A DNA stretch of 64,000 bases from an uncultured Cytophagales bacterium (GCA_963849955.1 CAWKJU010000016.1:81735-145734); one strand, 5' to 3'. Positions 25,418 through 34,684 are shown, counted from the first letter of the stretch. The notes: a model not told the origin generated them from the letters alone. Numbers and translations: made by a program.

Positions 25418-26103
25418 AGATATTTAAAGATAGTCCAAATGATTTTTATTCCAGCCGATACTGCTCCTTTTAACGTTCCTGAGATCTTTGAAACACCAAT
25501 TCGTACGCGGTAATTTACAGGCACTTCTGTGGTTATCATTTTATGCTTTGCAGCTTTCAATTGCATTTCAATCGTCCAACCATAGGTAGGATCTTGCATG
25601 TTTAACGCTATCAAGCTTTCCCATTTAATTGCTCGAAATGGTCCTAAATCAGTATAATGAACACCATAGAACAAGCTCATCAACCGGGTGGCTAACCAAT
25701 TACCGAACACTTGTTGTTGGGTTAGAGATCCTTCTTCTCTTTTTCCAAGGACACGAGATCCAATTACCATATCATAATTCTGATGGATGATGGGGGTAAC
25801 TAATTTTGTTATCTCCTCTGGATAGTCCGAAAAATCACCATCTAAAAAGACAATCACATTAGGTTGAGGAGTGCTTTTTTTGATATAGTCTATGCCTTTT
25901 AGGCAAGCATTTCCATATCCCTTTTTGAGTTCTAATAATACTGTTGCCCCCGCTTCTCGCGCTACTTTTTCGGTATGATCTGTAGAATTGTTATTGACAA
26001 CTATTACTTCCAAGACGTTTTCTTTTGGAATTGCCTGCACTACTTTCCCTATCGAATGTTCTTCGTTGTAGGCTGGAATAATAACTGTAATGCAAAAATT
26101 CAT
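25414..26103 (-). CDS. Family-2 glycosyltransferase (polyprenol-phosphate sugar synthase/DPM1-like)
   Basis: 229 aa, soluble GT-A fold (VIIPAYNEEHSIGKVV..., FLDGDFSD). Its stop overlaps the next gene's ATG (ATGA, 25414-25417). Confidence 0.85.
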   Translation of the reverse strand: MNFCITVIIPAYNEEHSIGKVVQAIPKENVLEVIVVNNNSTDHTEKVAREAGATVLLELKKGYGNACLKGIDYIKKSTPQPNVIVFLDGDFSDYPEEITKLVTPIIHQNYDMVIGSRVLGKREEGSLTQQQVFGNWLATRLMSLFYGVHYTDLGPFRAIKWESLIALNMQDPTYGWTIEMQLKAAKHKMITTEVPVNYRVRIGVSKISGTLKGAVSAGIKIIWTIFKYL

Positions 26104-26201
26104 GGATGCAAAACTACATTTTTAAAACAGGAAGAAATGTCTTTCTGTTGACCATCTTTACCTGTCCTACAATTTTCTGTTAACTTGTAAGAAAAAAACT
26201 T

Positions 26202-26438
26202 ATGAAAACAATGACTTGCAACCAGCTCGGAGGAGCATGTGAAGTTGAGTTTAAAGGCGAAACTTTTGAAGAGATCATAGAACAAAGTAAAAATCATGGT
26301 ATGGAAATGTTTCAAAAAAACGATCCGGATCACCTGAAAGCTATTGGCGAAATACAAGTGTTAATGCAATCGCCAACAGCCATGATGGAGTGGTTTGAAA
26401 GTAAGAAAAGGTTGTTTGACCAGCTATCTGAAGATTAA
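26202..26438 (+). CDS. DUF1059-domain small protein
   Basis: 78 aa. The N-terminus MKTMTCNQLGGACEVEFKGETFEEIIEQSKNHGMEMF matches the remembered DUF1059 pattern. Confidence 0.7.
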   Translation: MKTMTCNQLGGACEVEFKGETFEEIIEQSKNHGMEMFQKNDPDHLKAIGEIQVLMQSPTAMMEWFESKKRLFDQLSED

Positions 26439-26621
26439 AGCCAGTTTAGTTTTTTTACGCCATTATCTTAGCATCTCCTCGCTCCCATGCGAAGTGAGTA
26501 ATGGTGCACAACAATAACATATAACCTAACACCTGATCAAAAGCCATCAGTTACTATTTGGTATAGATATTTTTGGAATTATGTTCCTGATTGAAAAAAT
26601 TATGGATTAGATTCAACCCAT

Positions 26622-27869
26622 ATGAAAAGTAAATTGATGTTTCTTTTACATCGAGTAAAAGGCAAATTATGGTTTAGACCATTACTCTATTGTTTTATTT
26701 CCATTGCCTGTGCATTAATTGCAGAGTTTGCAGATGAGACAGGTTTGGGTGAATTAGTACCGAAGATTAAAGTTGACTCCGTGGAGTCTCTCCTTAAAAC
26801 AATTTCGGCAAGTATGTTGGTGATTTCAACCTTTGCCGTAGGTTCAATGATTTCTGCATTTTCGGTTGCGAGTTCTACTGCTACACCGCGCTCATTTAAA
26901 TTAGTGGTATCGGATGATGTTTCAAAAAATGCCTTATCCGCGTTTATTGGCTCATTTATTTTTAGTGTGGTGGCACAAGTCGCTTTGAATAACGGTTACT
27001 ATGGTAAAGCGGGAATCTTTACCTTATTTGCTATTACTATATTAATTTTCATCGTTGTTATTCTCACCTTTCTGCGATGGGTCGATCGTATTTCACGATT
27101 AGGTCGGTTAGGTCATACCATAGAGATTATTGAAAAAGCTACACTTAAATCAATAAAGGAAATCAAAAAATCTCCCTTCTATAAAAAATCGGATCAAACC
27201 CTTCACTACAAGAAAATCATGCCGATTTATGCCTCATCAATCGGTTATATTCAAACCATTAATTTAAAATCCCTCCAAGATTTTGCTGAAAAACACGAAT
27301 TATTTATTACTGTCACTTGTCTTCCTGGCTCTTTTGTAACATTTAATAATCCCATTGCTTATTTGAGTAAAGATATTGAGGGTGATAAAATCAACAATTA
27401 CTTTGTAATAGGTCATAACCGTTCTTTTCAGGAAGATCCACGATTTGGTCTAGTTGCATTGAGTGAAATTGCAAGTAGAGCTTTATCCCCAGCTGTAAAT
27501 GACCCAGGAACAGCTATTGGCATATTAAATACCTACGTGCGCCTTTTTGATGCTTGGTCTGATTTTGGTGAAGAAGTTGAAGAAAAAGAAGTATACGATC
27601 GATTGGCTCTGAATCAAATTCAGTTGGATGACTTATTTGATGATGCCTTTCGTCCAATTGCACGCGATGGCGCCAGCACTATTGAAGTGATGATTCGACT
27701 ACAAAAAACACTTCAATTAATTGGTGAAAATGCTTCCTTTGAAATGAAAGCTTGCGTAAGAAATCATGCTGAAAATGCCCTGCAACGCGCTGAAATCAAA
27801 TTGGAGTATACACGAGACATTCAACTATTAAAAAACATTCATTCCGAAAGTGAATTTAACAAGATATAA
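26622..27869 (+). CDS. DUF2254-family membrane protein
   Basis: 415 aa with four N-terminal TM helices and a large soluble C-terminal domain (LSPAVNDPGTAI...). The family call is from memory. Confidence 0.65.
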   Translation: MKSKLMFLLHRVKGKLWFRPLLYCFISIACALIAEFADETGLGELVPKIKVDSVESLLKTISASMLVISTFAVGSMISAFSVASSTATPRSFKLVVSDDVSKNALSAFIGSFIFSVVAQVALNNGYYGKAGIFTLFAITILIFIVVILTFLRWVDRISRLGRLGHTIEIIEKATLKSIKEIKKSPFYKKSDQTLHYKKIMPIYASSIGYIQTINLKSLQDFAEKHELFITVTCLPGSFVTFNNPIAYLSKDIEGDKINNYFVIGHNRSFQEDPRFGLVALSEIASRALSPAVNDPGTAIGILNTYVRLFDAWSDFGEEVEEKEVYDRLALNQIQLDDLFDDAFRPIARDGASTIEVMIRLQKTLQLIGENASFEMKACVRNHAENALQRAEIKLEYTRDIQLLKNIHSESEFNKI

Positions 27870-28380
27870 CAAAAGGGCTCTAATTGGTGGAATTGTTGCT
27901 ACTTTAATAACAGGTGGTGGAGCTTATATATTGGGTAATATTAGTGGATATGAGGCTAAGATACTGATCCAAACATCGTTGCCTGGAATCAACACTTTGT
28001 GTAATACAATAGTACTAGCTTCCGCGACAATTCTAGCGTTACTCTTGACTCTTTTAAGTGTTAGTTCAGGAAGTAAATCCAAATTGAAAGAGGAGCATTA
28101 TCTCCATGTACTAATGATTGCGAAAATTGATACCATCGTGTTTGTATCCGCAATGATTACCTTTCAAATATTAAATATCCCAATTACTAAAGCAGAAAAT
28201 GTTCCTCCATCGTGGTACTCCTCGATCTATTATGTCAGTCTAGGATTATCTTCTATATTAAGTGGAGCTTTAATAAGTGTAGCACTAATGCTTTATAACG
28301 CAGTAACTAGTATCATAAAAATTGTAGGCTTAGGCATATCTGATCACCCTTTAATTAGCAGTGACAAAGATAGCGAATAA
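27850..28380 (+). CDS. Polytopic membrane protein of unknown function, overlapping partner of the DUF2254 gene
   Basis: 176 aa with four or five TM segments and a 20-nt overlap with the upstream gene. Confidence 0.5.
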   Translation: MNLTRYNKRALIGGIVATLITGGGAYILGNISGYEAKILIQTSLPGINTLCNTIVLASATILALLLTLLSVSSGSKSKLKEEHYLHVLMIAKIDTIVFVSAMITFQILNIPITKAENVPPSWYSSIYYVSLGLSSILSGALISVALMLYNAVTSIIKIVGLGISDHPLISSDKDSE

Positions 28381-28413
28381 GTCAGCCATGAACTTTCCCC
28401 CATTTAAGCTATG

Positions 28414-29967
28414 CTATTTACTGTTTATCCGTCCAATTTCAGGACCATTTTCTAATTTCAATACTCCTCGAGGGCACACCGCAGCACAAACTCCACAACC
28501 GACACAAGAGGCACGCACAATGTTTTCTCCTTTTTGCGCATACGCCCGTACATCAATTCCTTGTTCACAATAGGTGGAACAGTTACCACATGAAATGCAT
28601 TGTCCTCCATTTGTGGTAATTCTAAAACGCGACTTGAATCGTTGCACAATACCTAAATATGCTGCTAAAGGGCAACCAAAGCGACACCATACACGATTAC
28701 CTAACATTGGGTAAAAACCTGTTCCAATTACACCAGCGAAAATTGACCCAATTAAAAAGCCATAGGCCGAAGTAAGCATGTAAGTAGGGAAACCTAAAAA
28801 TGTGTCAGAATTAGTGATGTTAGCACCAACTGTTATTACTGTCATTACAATAGCAAACACCAATACCCCGTGCACTAACCACCGTTCAATTTGCCAAGCA
28901 ACTAGCTTTTTTGAGGACAACTGCCGATAGGGATCCCCTAAAGTTTCGGCTAAACCACCACAACCACACACCCAAGAGCAATACCATCTCTTACCATATA
29001 TATAAGCTAAGACGGGAACTACCACTAAAGCAAGTACCACTCCCCAAACGAGCAGCGCTGCACCTATCAAACCATGACTTTGAAGTTGGTCGATATTATA
29101 AGAATAAAAAAAGCTATAGTTTAAAGGCCAGGCGTTTTTCAAATCCATATACGGTTGATTGAACCTGACCATGATTTCCGGAATTAAAAAAGCAAAAGCA
29201 ATTTGGAAAAATAGTACGGAGGTGGTTCGTACCATTTGATAAATATTATGTCGGTATTTAATATACATTCGTACGGACATCGTCACCATGACTGCACAGT
29301 ACATAAAACCATACAAAAACCATCTGCTTGAAGGATTGCCACTCAATGCTTTGCTGAGTGGGTTAACGATTTCTACTTGATTAACTAATAAGTGATGATA
29401 AAAATAAAGTATGATATAAAACCCTATTAGATAAGCAAAAACAACCACTCCAACCCAACCACGATTAGTAGCTGACGAGTGATAAATATGATCGTTTTTA
29501 ATACCGGGACCACCTAATAAAATTACATCGGGTAACATGTACATCAACCCTCCGAGAATGGCTAAGCCAAAAGTTAAAAAAAACAGGAGCCAGGGATATG
29601 TATCAAATATGTTATTGGCCGATTTTCTTGCCAAGGAAAATGCAACGTCTGACGAACTTGCTTGCATCACATTATCCCAGTCTTTATTGGCTTTTATTTC
29701 TTCATTTAAATCGTCATAAACTCGAATAATATCCTTTGAAAAAGCAATGGGATTGTGAAAGACTTTGCCCGTAACATCTGCAGATTCATAGCGCTCTTTC
29801 AACAGTTGTGAGACCTCTGGTTGAATTTTTTCATTCTCAACGAGTTGATCTATTTCGCTCTTTAAAGTAACTCGCTTCAATTTAAAGTCACCATAAAAGG
29901 AGGCCGCTGTGAAAACAACTAAACCGATGACAAACACTACTATTCCACTTTTTTTAATTGTTTTCAT
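28414..29967 (-). CDS. Membrane-bound polyferredoxin (NapH/MauN-like 4Fe-4S protein)
   Basis: 517 aa with multiple TM helices. Membrane-proximal Cys clusters are YCSWVCGCGGL and WCRFGCPL. The C-terminus has two ferredoxin motifs, CISCGNCSTYCEQG and CVGCGVCAAVCPRG. Confidence 0.8.
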   Translation of the reverse strand: MKTIKKSGIVVFVIGLVVFTAASFYGDFKLKRVTLKSEIDQLVENEKIQPEVSQLLKERYESADVTGKVFHNPIAFSKDIIRVYDDLNEEIKANKDWDNVMQASSSDVAFSLARKSANNIFDTYPWLLFFLTFGLAILGGLMYMLPDVILLGGPGIKNDHIYHSSATNRGWVGVVVFAYLIGFYIILYFYHHLLVNQVEIVNPLSKALSGNPSSRWFLYGFMYCAVMVTMSVRMYIKYRHNIYQMVRTTSVLFFQIAFAFLIPEIMVRFNQPYMDLKNAWPLNYSFFYSYNIDQLQSHGLIGAALLVWGVVLALVVVPVLAYIYGKRWYCSWVCGCGGLAETLGDPYRQLSSKKLVAWQIERWLVHGVLVFAIVMTVITVGANITNSDTFLGFPTYMLTSAYGFLIGSIFAGVIGTGFYPMLGNRVWCRFGCPLAAYLGIVQRFKSRFRITTNGGQCISCGNCSTYCEQGIDVRAYAQKGENIVRASCVGCGVCAAVCPRGVLKLENGPEIGRINSK

Positions 29968-29976
29968 TTTATAGAA

Positions 29977-31311
29977 TTACTTGGTAAGTGCAAGAATACG
30001 TTTCCAGCTTTTTGCTTTCACCGTTAAAGTGGTTTTATTTTCATAGTTGAATTTTTCTACAATTTCGTATTCGTATTTTTTATAAAACTCGGGGTCAAAA
30101 TTAGCATCTTTCAAATGTTGTAAAACATATTCAATAGTTTGTTTCTCGTTGAGCCACCGATCAAACACTTCGTGTCTTAAGCGTATACCAAAGGTGTTAA
30201 TGCCAATAAATTGTTTTGACTCTTTGTTGAACACAAAATGCATACTCAGCTTTTTGTCGCGGTTTTCCCAATAGAAAGATGCTTCATCTTCTTTTAAATC
30301 AGGAAATACCCAACCATAGGTTTGATATTCGATATCAAGGAATTTGGCGGAATTAAACCAATGACCAGGAGCATATGCTGTAGGATTGCCACAAATGGTT
30401 TTAGCGACTGTTTCCCCCATTATTTTTCCTGTATACCATACTTGCTCTATACTCCTCCTTCCGGGAAGAGGATCTGAAAACTGGGCACAGTCACCCAAAG
30501 CGTACACACCTTGAATATTGGTTTCAAGTTGTCGATTTACAAGAATACCTTTATCTGTTTCTAAAGCACTTCCTTTAAGAAAATCAATATTAGGACTCAC
30601 CCCTGTTGTTAAACCAACTAGTTGACATTCGATTTCTTCACCCTTAGCAGTGATTACTTTTGCAACTCGTCCATTTGTTCCAGCTACAATCTCTTTTAGC
30701 TCACTTTCTAAGCGCAAATCAATATGGTGTTCAGCTATATGCCTGTTTATCATTGCTGATTGGTCAGCGGGCAAAACATTACTCCAAAAGCTCTTTTCTC
30801 GTACTAAAAATACCACTTCTATTCCTCGGGTAACTAACATCTCAGCTAATTCAATTCCGATTAACCCTCCTCCTATAATTATTGCTTTTTTTGCATCTTT
30901 TGAATTTTCTTCTAATTGTTCCAAATCTTGGTAAGAATATAAGCCCTGTACTCCAGGAAGATCTTGGCCTGGCCACCCAAATTTGTTAGGCTTGGATCCT
31001 GTAGCAAGAATTAGTTTATCGTAAGTTATTTTTTCACCATCAGAAAGTTGAATCACCTTGACGTCAAAATCAACTTGTTTTACCCATCCCCTTTTTAAAT
31101 CGATACGATTTTTTTTCCAAAACCAATCTTCGTATGGTTTAGTATGCTCATACTTCATATGCCCCATATAAATGTACATAAGAGCTGTTCTGGAAAAGAA
31201 AAAATCGGTTTCACCAGACACAACAGTAATGCGCTTATCACTCTGTTTTCTGATGTGTCTGGCAGCTGTAATGCCTGATATTCCGTTACCTATTATTACG
31301 ATGTGTTCCAT
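29977..31311 (-). CDS. NAD(P)/FAD-dependent pyridine-nucleotide-disulfide-family oxidoreductase
   Basis: 444 aa. It has an N-terminal FAD Rossmann motif (IVIIGNGISGITAA), a second dinucleotide motif (AIIIGGGLIGIELAE) and the GDCAQ motif. It lies 9 nt upstream of the polyferredoxin gene. Confidence 0.85.
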   Translation of the reverse strand: MEHIVIIGNGISGITAARHIRKQSDKRITVVSGETDFFFSRTALMYIYMGHMKYEHTKPYEDWFWKKNRIDLKRGWVKQVDFDVKVIQLSDGEKITYDKLILATGSKPNKFGWPGQDLPGVQGLYSYQDLEQLEENSKDAKKAIIIGGGLIGIELAEMLVTRGIEVVFLVREKSFWSNVLPADQSAMINRHIAEHHIDLRLESELKEIVAGTNGRVAKVITAKGEEIECQLVGLTTGVSPNIDFLKGSALETDKGILVNRQLETNIQGVYALGDCAQFSDPLPGRRSIEQVWYTGKIMGETVAKTICGNPTAYAPGHWFNSAKFLDIEYQTYGWVFPDLKEDEASFYWENRDKKLSMHFVFNKESKQFIGINTFGIRLRHEVFDRWLNEKQTIEYVLQHLKDANFDPEFYKKYEYEIVEKFNYENKTTLTVKAKSWKRILALTK

Positions 31312-31468
31312 AAGCTAACCTAAAGATTGCGCTTAACTTACGAATTATTTGTCTTTAAACAGACCTTAAATTAAATCCTTAGGGATTAACCTTGTACATA
31401 ATTAGCATGAAGTAAAATTCTACTATGAAACTTATGGATTTTTAGTATCTTGACAACTTATTCGACCC

Positions 31469-31969
31469 ATGAAAAGCGCACAATTTTCCGTTGCCATCCT
31501 CTCTCAGTTAGAAGAGGTTATACACCAGTTGAACAACGACTTGTATTGCAACACTATGGAAGTGTTTTCCGGAGCTAGTATCGGACAACATATTCGTCAC
31601 ATTTTGGAGTTTTATTCCTGCGTAATTGAACAAAAAAACACAGGAGAACTCTGTTATGATAATAGAAAAAGGGATTTAGCTCTCGAAGAAAATAAATCAA
31701 CAGCATTGCATTTTATTCAATCGATTAAAAAAGGGTTGGAAAATTTTTCAAAAGATAAGAATCTAGTTCTGGTATCAACGCTACAAGACATTCAAGTAAA
31801 AACTCCTTCAAGCTTATCTCGTGAACTACTCTATGCCTTGGAGCATGCTGTTCATCACATGGCAATCATCAAAATTGGCCTTTTGATTGGCTGTCCACAA
31901 ATTCAACTCCCTAAAAACTTTGGAGTGGCTGACTCCACGATTCAGTACCGCGATCAATGTGTACAGTAA
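31469..31969 (+). CDS. DinB-superfamily-like four-helix-bundle protein
   Basis: 166 aa. The His-containing helices GQHIRHILEFY and LEHAVHHMAIIK resemble the DinB metal-binding His triad. Confidence 0.5.
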   Translation: MKSAQFSVAILSQLEEVIHQLNNDLYCNTMEVFSGASIGQHIRHILEFYSCVIEQKNTGELCYDNRKRDLALEENKSTALHFIQSIKKGLENFSKDKNLVLVSTLQDIQVKTPSSLSRELLYALEHAVHHMAIIKIGLLIGCPQIQLPKNFGVADSTIQYRDQCVQ

Positions 31970-32679
31970 GTTATGTTCCGCTTAAGGGTTATGATTTTAT
32001 ATTAACCTCCAACCGCGATGAAGCCATTAGCAGAGCTGAAACATTTTTTCCTAGTTCAATTACAGCGAATCATATACCCGTTTATTTTCCAAAAGACAGT
32101 CGTGCCGGGGGTAGTTGGATAGCTTCTTCGGGAAAGCTTACTGCGTGTTTGTTAAACGGAGCCTTTAAAAAACACACACGGGAAACGGACTATAAAATCA
32201 GTCGTGGCCTCATGTTGTTAGCTGCTTTTGATTATGATCACGTTCAGCAATTTACAAGCAATTATGACTTTAAAGGAATAGAGCCTTTTACCCTCATTTT
32301 AGTTTACAAAAATTCTGACGTTGAGTTATTCGAAATTCGATGGGATGGTGTACAAATCTATTTCAAAGAACTGGCTTCTCACAAACCCTATATTTGGGCT
32401 TCAGCAACCTTATATACACCGGAAGTCATTATACAACGAGAAACTGCTTTTGAAATCTTAATGAGTCGTTTTAATTATTCCCAAGAAGAAATTATTGATT
32501 TCCATTCTTTCCAAACTGAAGATAATGAAAACGGAATCATGATGAATAGAGGAGAAAAGCGAACTATAAGTATCACTTCTATTAAGTCAACATCCCAAGC
32601 CACAACAATGCTTTATAATGACTTAATTGCCCAAAAAACTAAAACAATATCAATAATAGATGAGTCAGCAAAAGTCTAA
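31957..32679 (+). CDS. NRDE-family protein (TANGO2-like)
   Basis: 240 aa. The N-terminus MCTVSYVPLKGYDFILTSNRDE contains the conserved Cys2 and the eponymous NRDE motif. Confidence 0.8.
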   Translation: MCTVSYVPLKGYDFILTSNRDEAISRAETFFPSSITANHIPVYFPKDSRAGGSWIASSGKLTACLLNGAFKKHTRETDYKISRGLMLLAAFDYDHVQQFTSNYDFKGIEPFTLILVYKNSDVELFEIRWDGVQIYFKELASHKPYIWASATLYTPEVIIQRETAFEILMSRFNYSQEEIIDFHSFQTEDNENGIMMNRGEKRTISITSIKSTSQATTMLYNDLIAQKTKTISIIDESAKV

Positions 32680-33673
32680 ATGGCTAAAGTGGGAATTTTG
32701 GCCTTTCTGGTTTTTCTATATTCCAGTCTATGTAGTTTATCTATGGTATAGTCTGCGATCTTTGTCGATGGTTTTTTTCTCTGCTGCCAACCCTTGTATG
32801 GAAATAGGTGGGTTTGTTGACTATTCTAAATGGAAAATCCTTTCAAAAATCAATCAAAAATTTCTTCCTAAAGGAAAGCTTTTCACGATTGGCTCAAAGA
32901 ATGAAACTTTAGCTTGGGTAAACAACAACCTTCACTTCCCAATCATTTGTAAACCAGACAAAGGTGAACGTGGATTTGGGGTTGAAAAAATCAATAATGA
33001 AAAACAGCTAGACAACTACCTTAAGAAAATAGACCGTAATTTTATTGTTCAGGAATATATCAACTACCCGATGGAGTTAGGGATAATGTATTCACGCATT
33101 CCAGGAGCAAAGAGAGGAAACATCCACTCGGTGGTTCAAAAAGAATTTTTAACGGTGGTCGGAAACGGAAAATCAACTTTGAAAGAATTATTTCAAACAA
33201 ACGATCGAACACTTTATCATTACGATATGTTATTGGAAATGTATTATGAAGAACTGAAAATAGTATTAGATTATGGTGAAAAAAAGGAATTGATTTCCAT
33301 CGGTAATCACTGTCGTGGCACCACCTTTTTGAATGGAAATCATCTAATTAGTCAAAAACTAGTTGCCGTTTTCGACTCCATTGCTAAACCCATTGAAGGT
33401 TTTTATTTTGGCCGATTTGATTTGAGAGTTTCCTCATTAGATGATTTATACCAAGGCGACAACATTAAAATAATGGAATTAAACGGCACTAATTCGGAGC
33501 CTGCCCACATTTATGACCCCAACATGTCATTATTTGAAGCTTATCGTGTGCTATTTCACCATTGGGGAATTATCTATCGCATCAGTTCAATAAATCACCA
33601 AAATGGAGTACCTTTCGAGCCGCTTTGGAAAACAGTAAACACAGTTATACAACACATAAAAAGTAAACAATAA
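32660..33673 (+). CDS. Membrane-anchored ATP-grasp ligase
   Basis: 337 aa with an N-terminal TM helix (FWPFWFFYIPVYVVYLWY). It has ATP-grasp-like elements: PIICKPDKGERGFGV, FIVQEYI and a Mg-binding E-x-N (IMELNGTNSEP). Confidence 0.65.
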   Translation: MSQQKSKWLKWEFWPFWFFYIPVYVVYLWYSLRSLSMVFFSAANPCMEIGGFVDYSKWKILSKINQKFLPKGKLFTIGSKNETLAWVNNNLHFPIICKPDKGERGFGVEKINNEKQLDNYLKKIDRNFIVQEYINYPMELGIMYSRIPGAKRGNIHSVVQKEFLTVVGNGKSTLKELFQTNDRTLYHYDMLLEMYYEELKIVLDYGEKKELISIGNHCRGTTFLNGNHLISQKLVAVFDSIAKPIEGFYFGRFDLRVSSLDDLYQGDNIKIMELNGTNSEPAHIYDPNMSLFEAYRVLFHHWGIIYRISSINHQNGVPFEPLWKTVNTVIQHIKSKQ

Positions 33674-33674
33674 A

Positions 33675-34601
33675 ATGAGTCTATTAGTAATAGGAACCGT
33701 AGCCTTTGATGCTATAGAAACACCATTCGGCAAAACAGACAAGATAGTAGGGGGTTCAGCGACTTATGTAGCGCTTTCTGCCTCTTACTTAACTAAAAAA
33801 GTAAACTTAGTTGCTGTGGTTGGTGAAGATTTTTCAGAAACCAACATCAACATGATTCAGCGTCACGGTGTAAATACCCAAGGACTTCAAATCAAACATG
33901 GTCAAAAATCTTTTTTTTGGAGTGGTAAGTACCACAATGATATGAACTCACGAGACACATTAGTGACTGAACTTAATGTGCTAGAATCTTTTGACCCCAT
34001 TATTCCGAATAGCTATCAGGATTGTGAGTACTTAATGTTAGGAAATTTGGCTCCACAAATTCAACGTACAGTCATTGAGCGCTTAAAAAAGAGACCAAAA
34101 TTGATTGTCATGGATACCATGAATTTTTGGATGGACATTGCCATGGACGAGCTATTAAAAACCATACAGCTAGTAGATGTGCTATCCATCAATGATGAAG
34201 AAGCACGTCAACTTTCAGGTGAATTTTCCTTGAGAAAAGCAGCAAAGAAAATTATGGGAATGGGACCAAAAACGCTAATTATTAAAAAAGGAGAGCATGG
34301 CGCTTTATTGTTTAGGGGCAACGATGTGTTTTTTGCTCCAGCCTTGCCTTTAGAAGATGTATTTGATCCAACAGGTGCGGGCGATACTTTTGCTGGTGGT
34401 TTTATTGGTTATTTGGCTAGTACTGATGACACCTCATTCGAGAATATGAAACGAGCAATTATACACGGTTCAGCCATGGCTTCGTTCTGCGTTGAAAAAT
34501 TCGGAACGGAACGAGTTGTTGGCTTACAACAGCATGATTTAGAAGATCGAATCCAGGAGTTTGTGGACTTAGTGCAATTTGAAATGCGATTAGAAGACTA
34601 G
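33675..34601 (+). CDS. PfkB-family carbohydrate/nucleoside kinase
   Basis: 308 aa. It has an N-terminal GG motif (VGGSATYVA) and the C-terminal catalytic signature DPTGAGDTFAGGF. Confidence 0.85.
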   Translation: MSLLVIGTVAFDAIETPFGKTDKIVGGSATYVALSASYLTKKVNLVAVVGEDFSETNINMIQRHGVNTQGLQIKHGQKSFFWSGKYHNDMNSRDTLVTELNVLESFDPIIPNSYQDCEYLMLGNLAPQIQRTVIERLKKRPKLIVMDTMNFWMDIAMDELLKTIQLVDVLSINDEEARQLSGEFSLRKAAKKIMGMGPKTLIIKKGEHGALLFRGNDVFFAPALPLEDVFDPTGAGDTFAGGFIGYLASTDDTSFENMKRAIIHGSAMASFCVEKFGTERVVGLQQHDLEDRIQEFVDLVQFEMRLED

Positions 34602-34627
34602 GCATAAATAATATTAGGCATAAAAAA

Positions 34628-34667
34628 AGGCGATCCCGACTAAATTAGTCGGGATCGCCTTTTTATT
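34628..34667. terminator. Bidirectional rho-independent terminator between the convergent pfkB-family and secDF genes
   Basis: The 12-bp GC-rich stem is ggcgatcccgac (34629-34640) paired with gtcgggatcgcc (34648-34659), with loop taaatta. An A-run lies on the left and a T-run on the right. Confidence 0.85.
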
Positions 34668-34684
34668 TTATCTGATTTCAAAGA

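Noticed and set aside
26100-26357. The 85-aa minus-strand ORF upstream of the GT2 gene.
   Set aside because: It overlaps the DUF1059 gene on the opposite strand, which has a recognisable family signature, and its own sequence is featureless.
28361-28573. The 70-aa plus-strand ORF following the 176-aa membrane protein.
   Set aside because: It lies antisense to the ferredoxin-motif region of the polyferredoxin gene, which is clearly coding.
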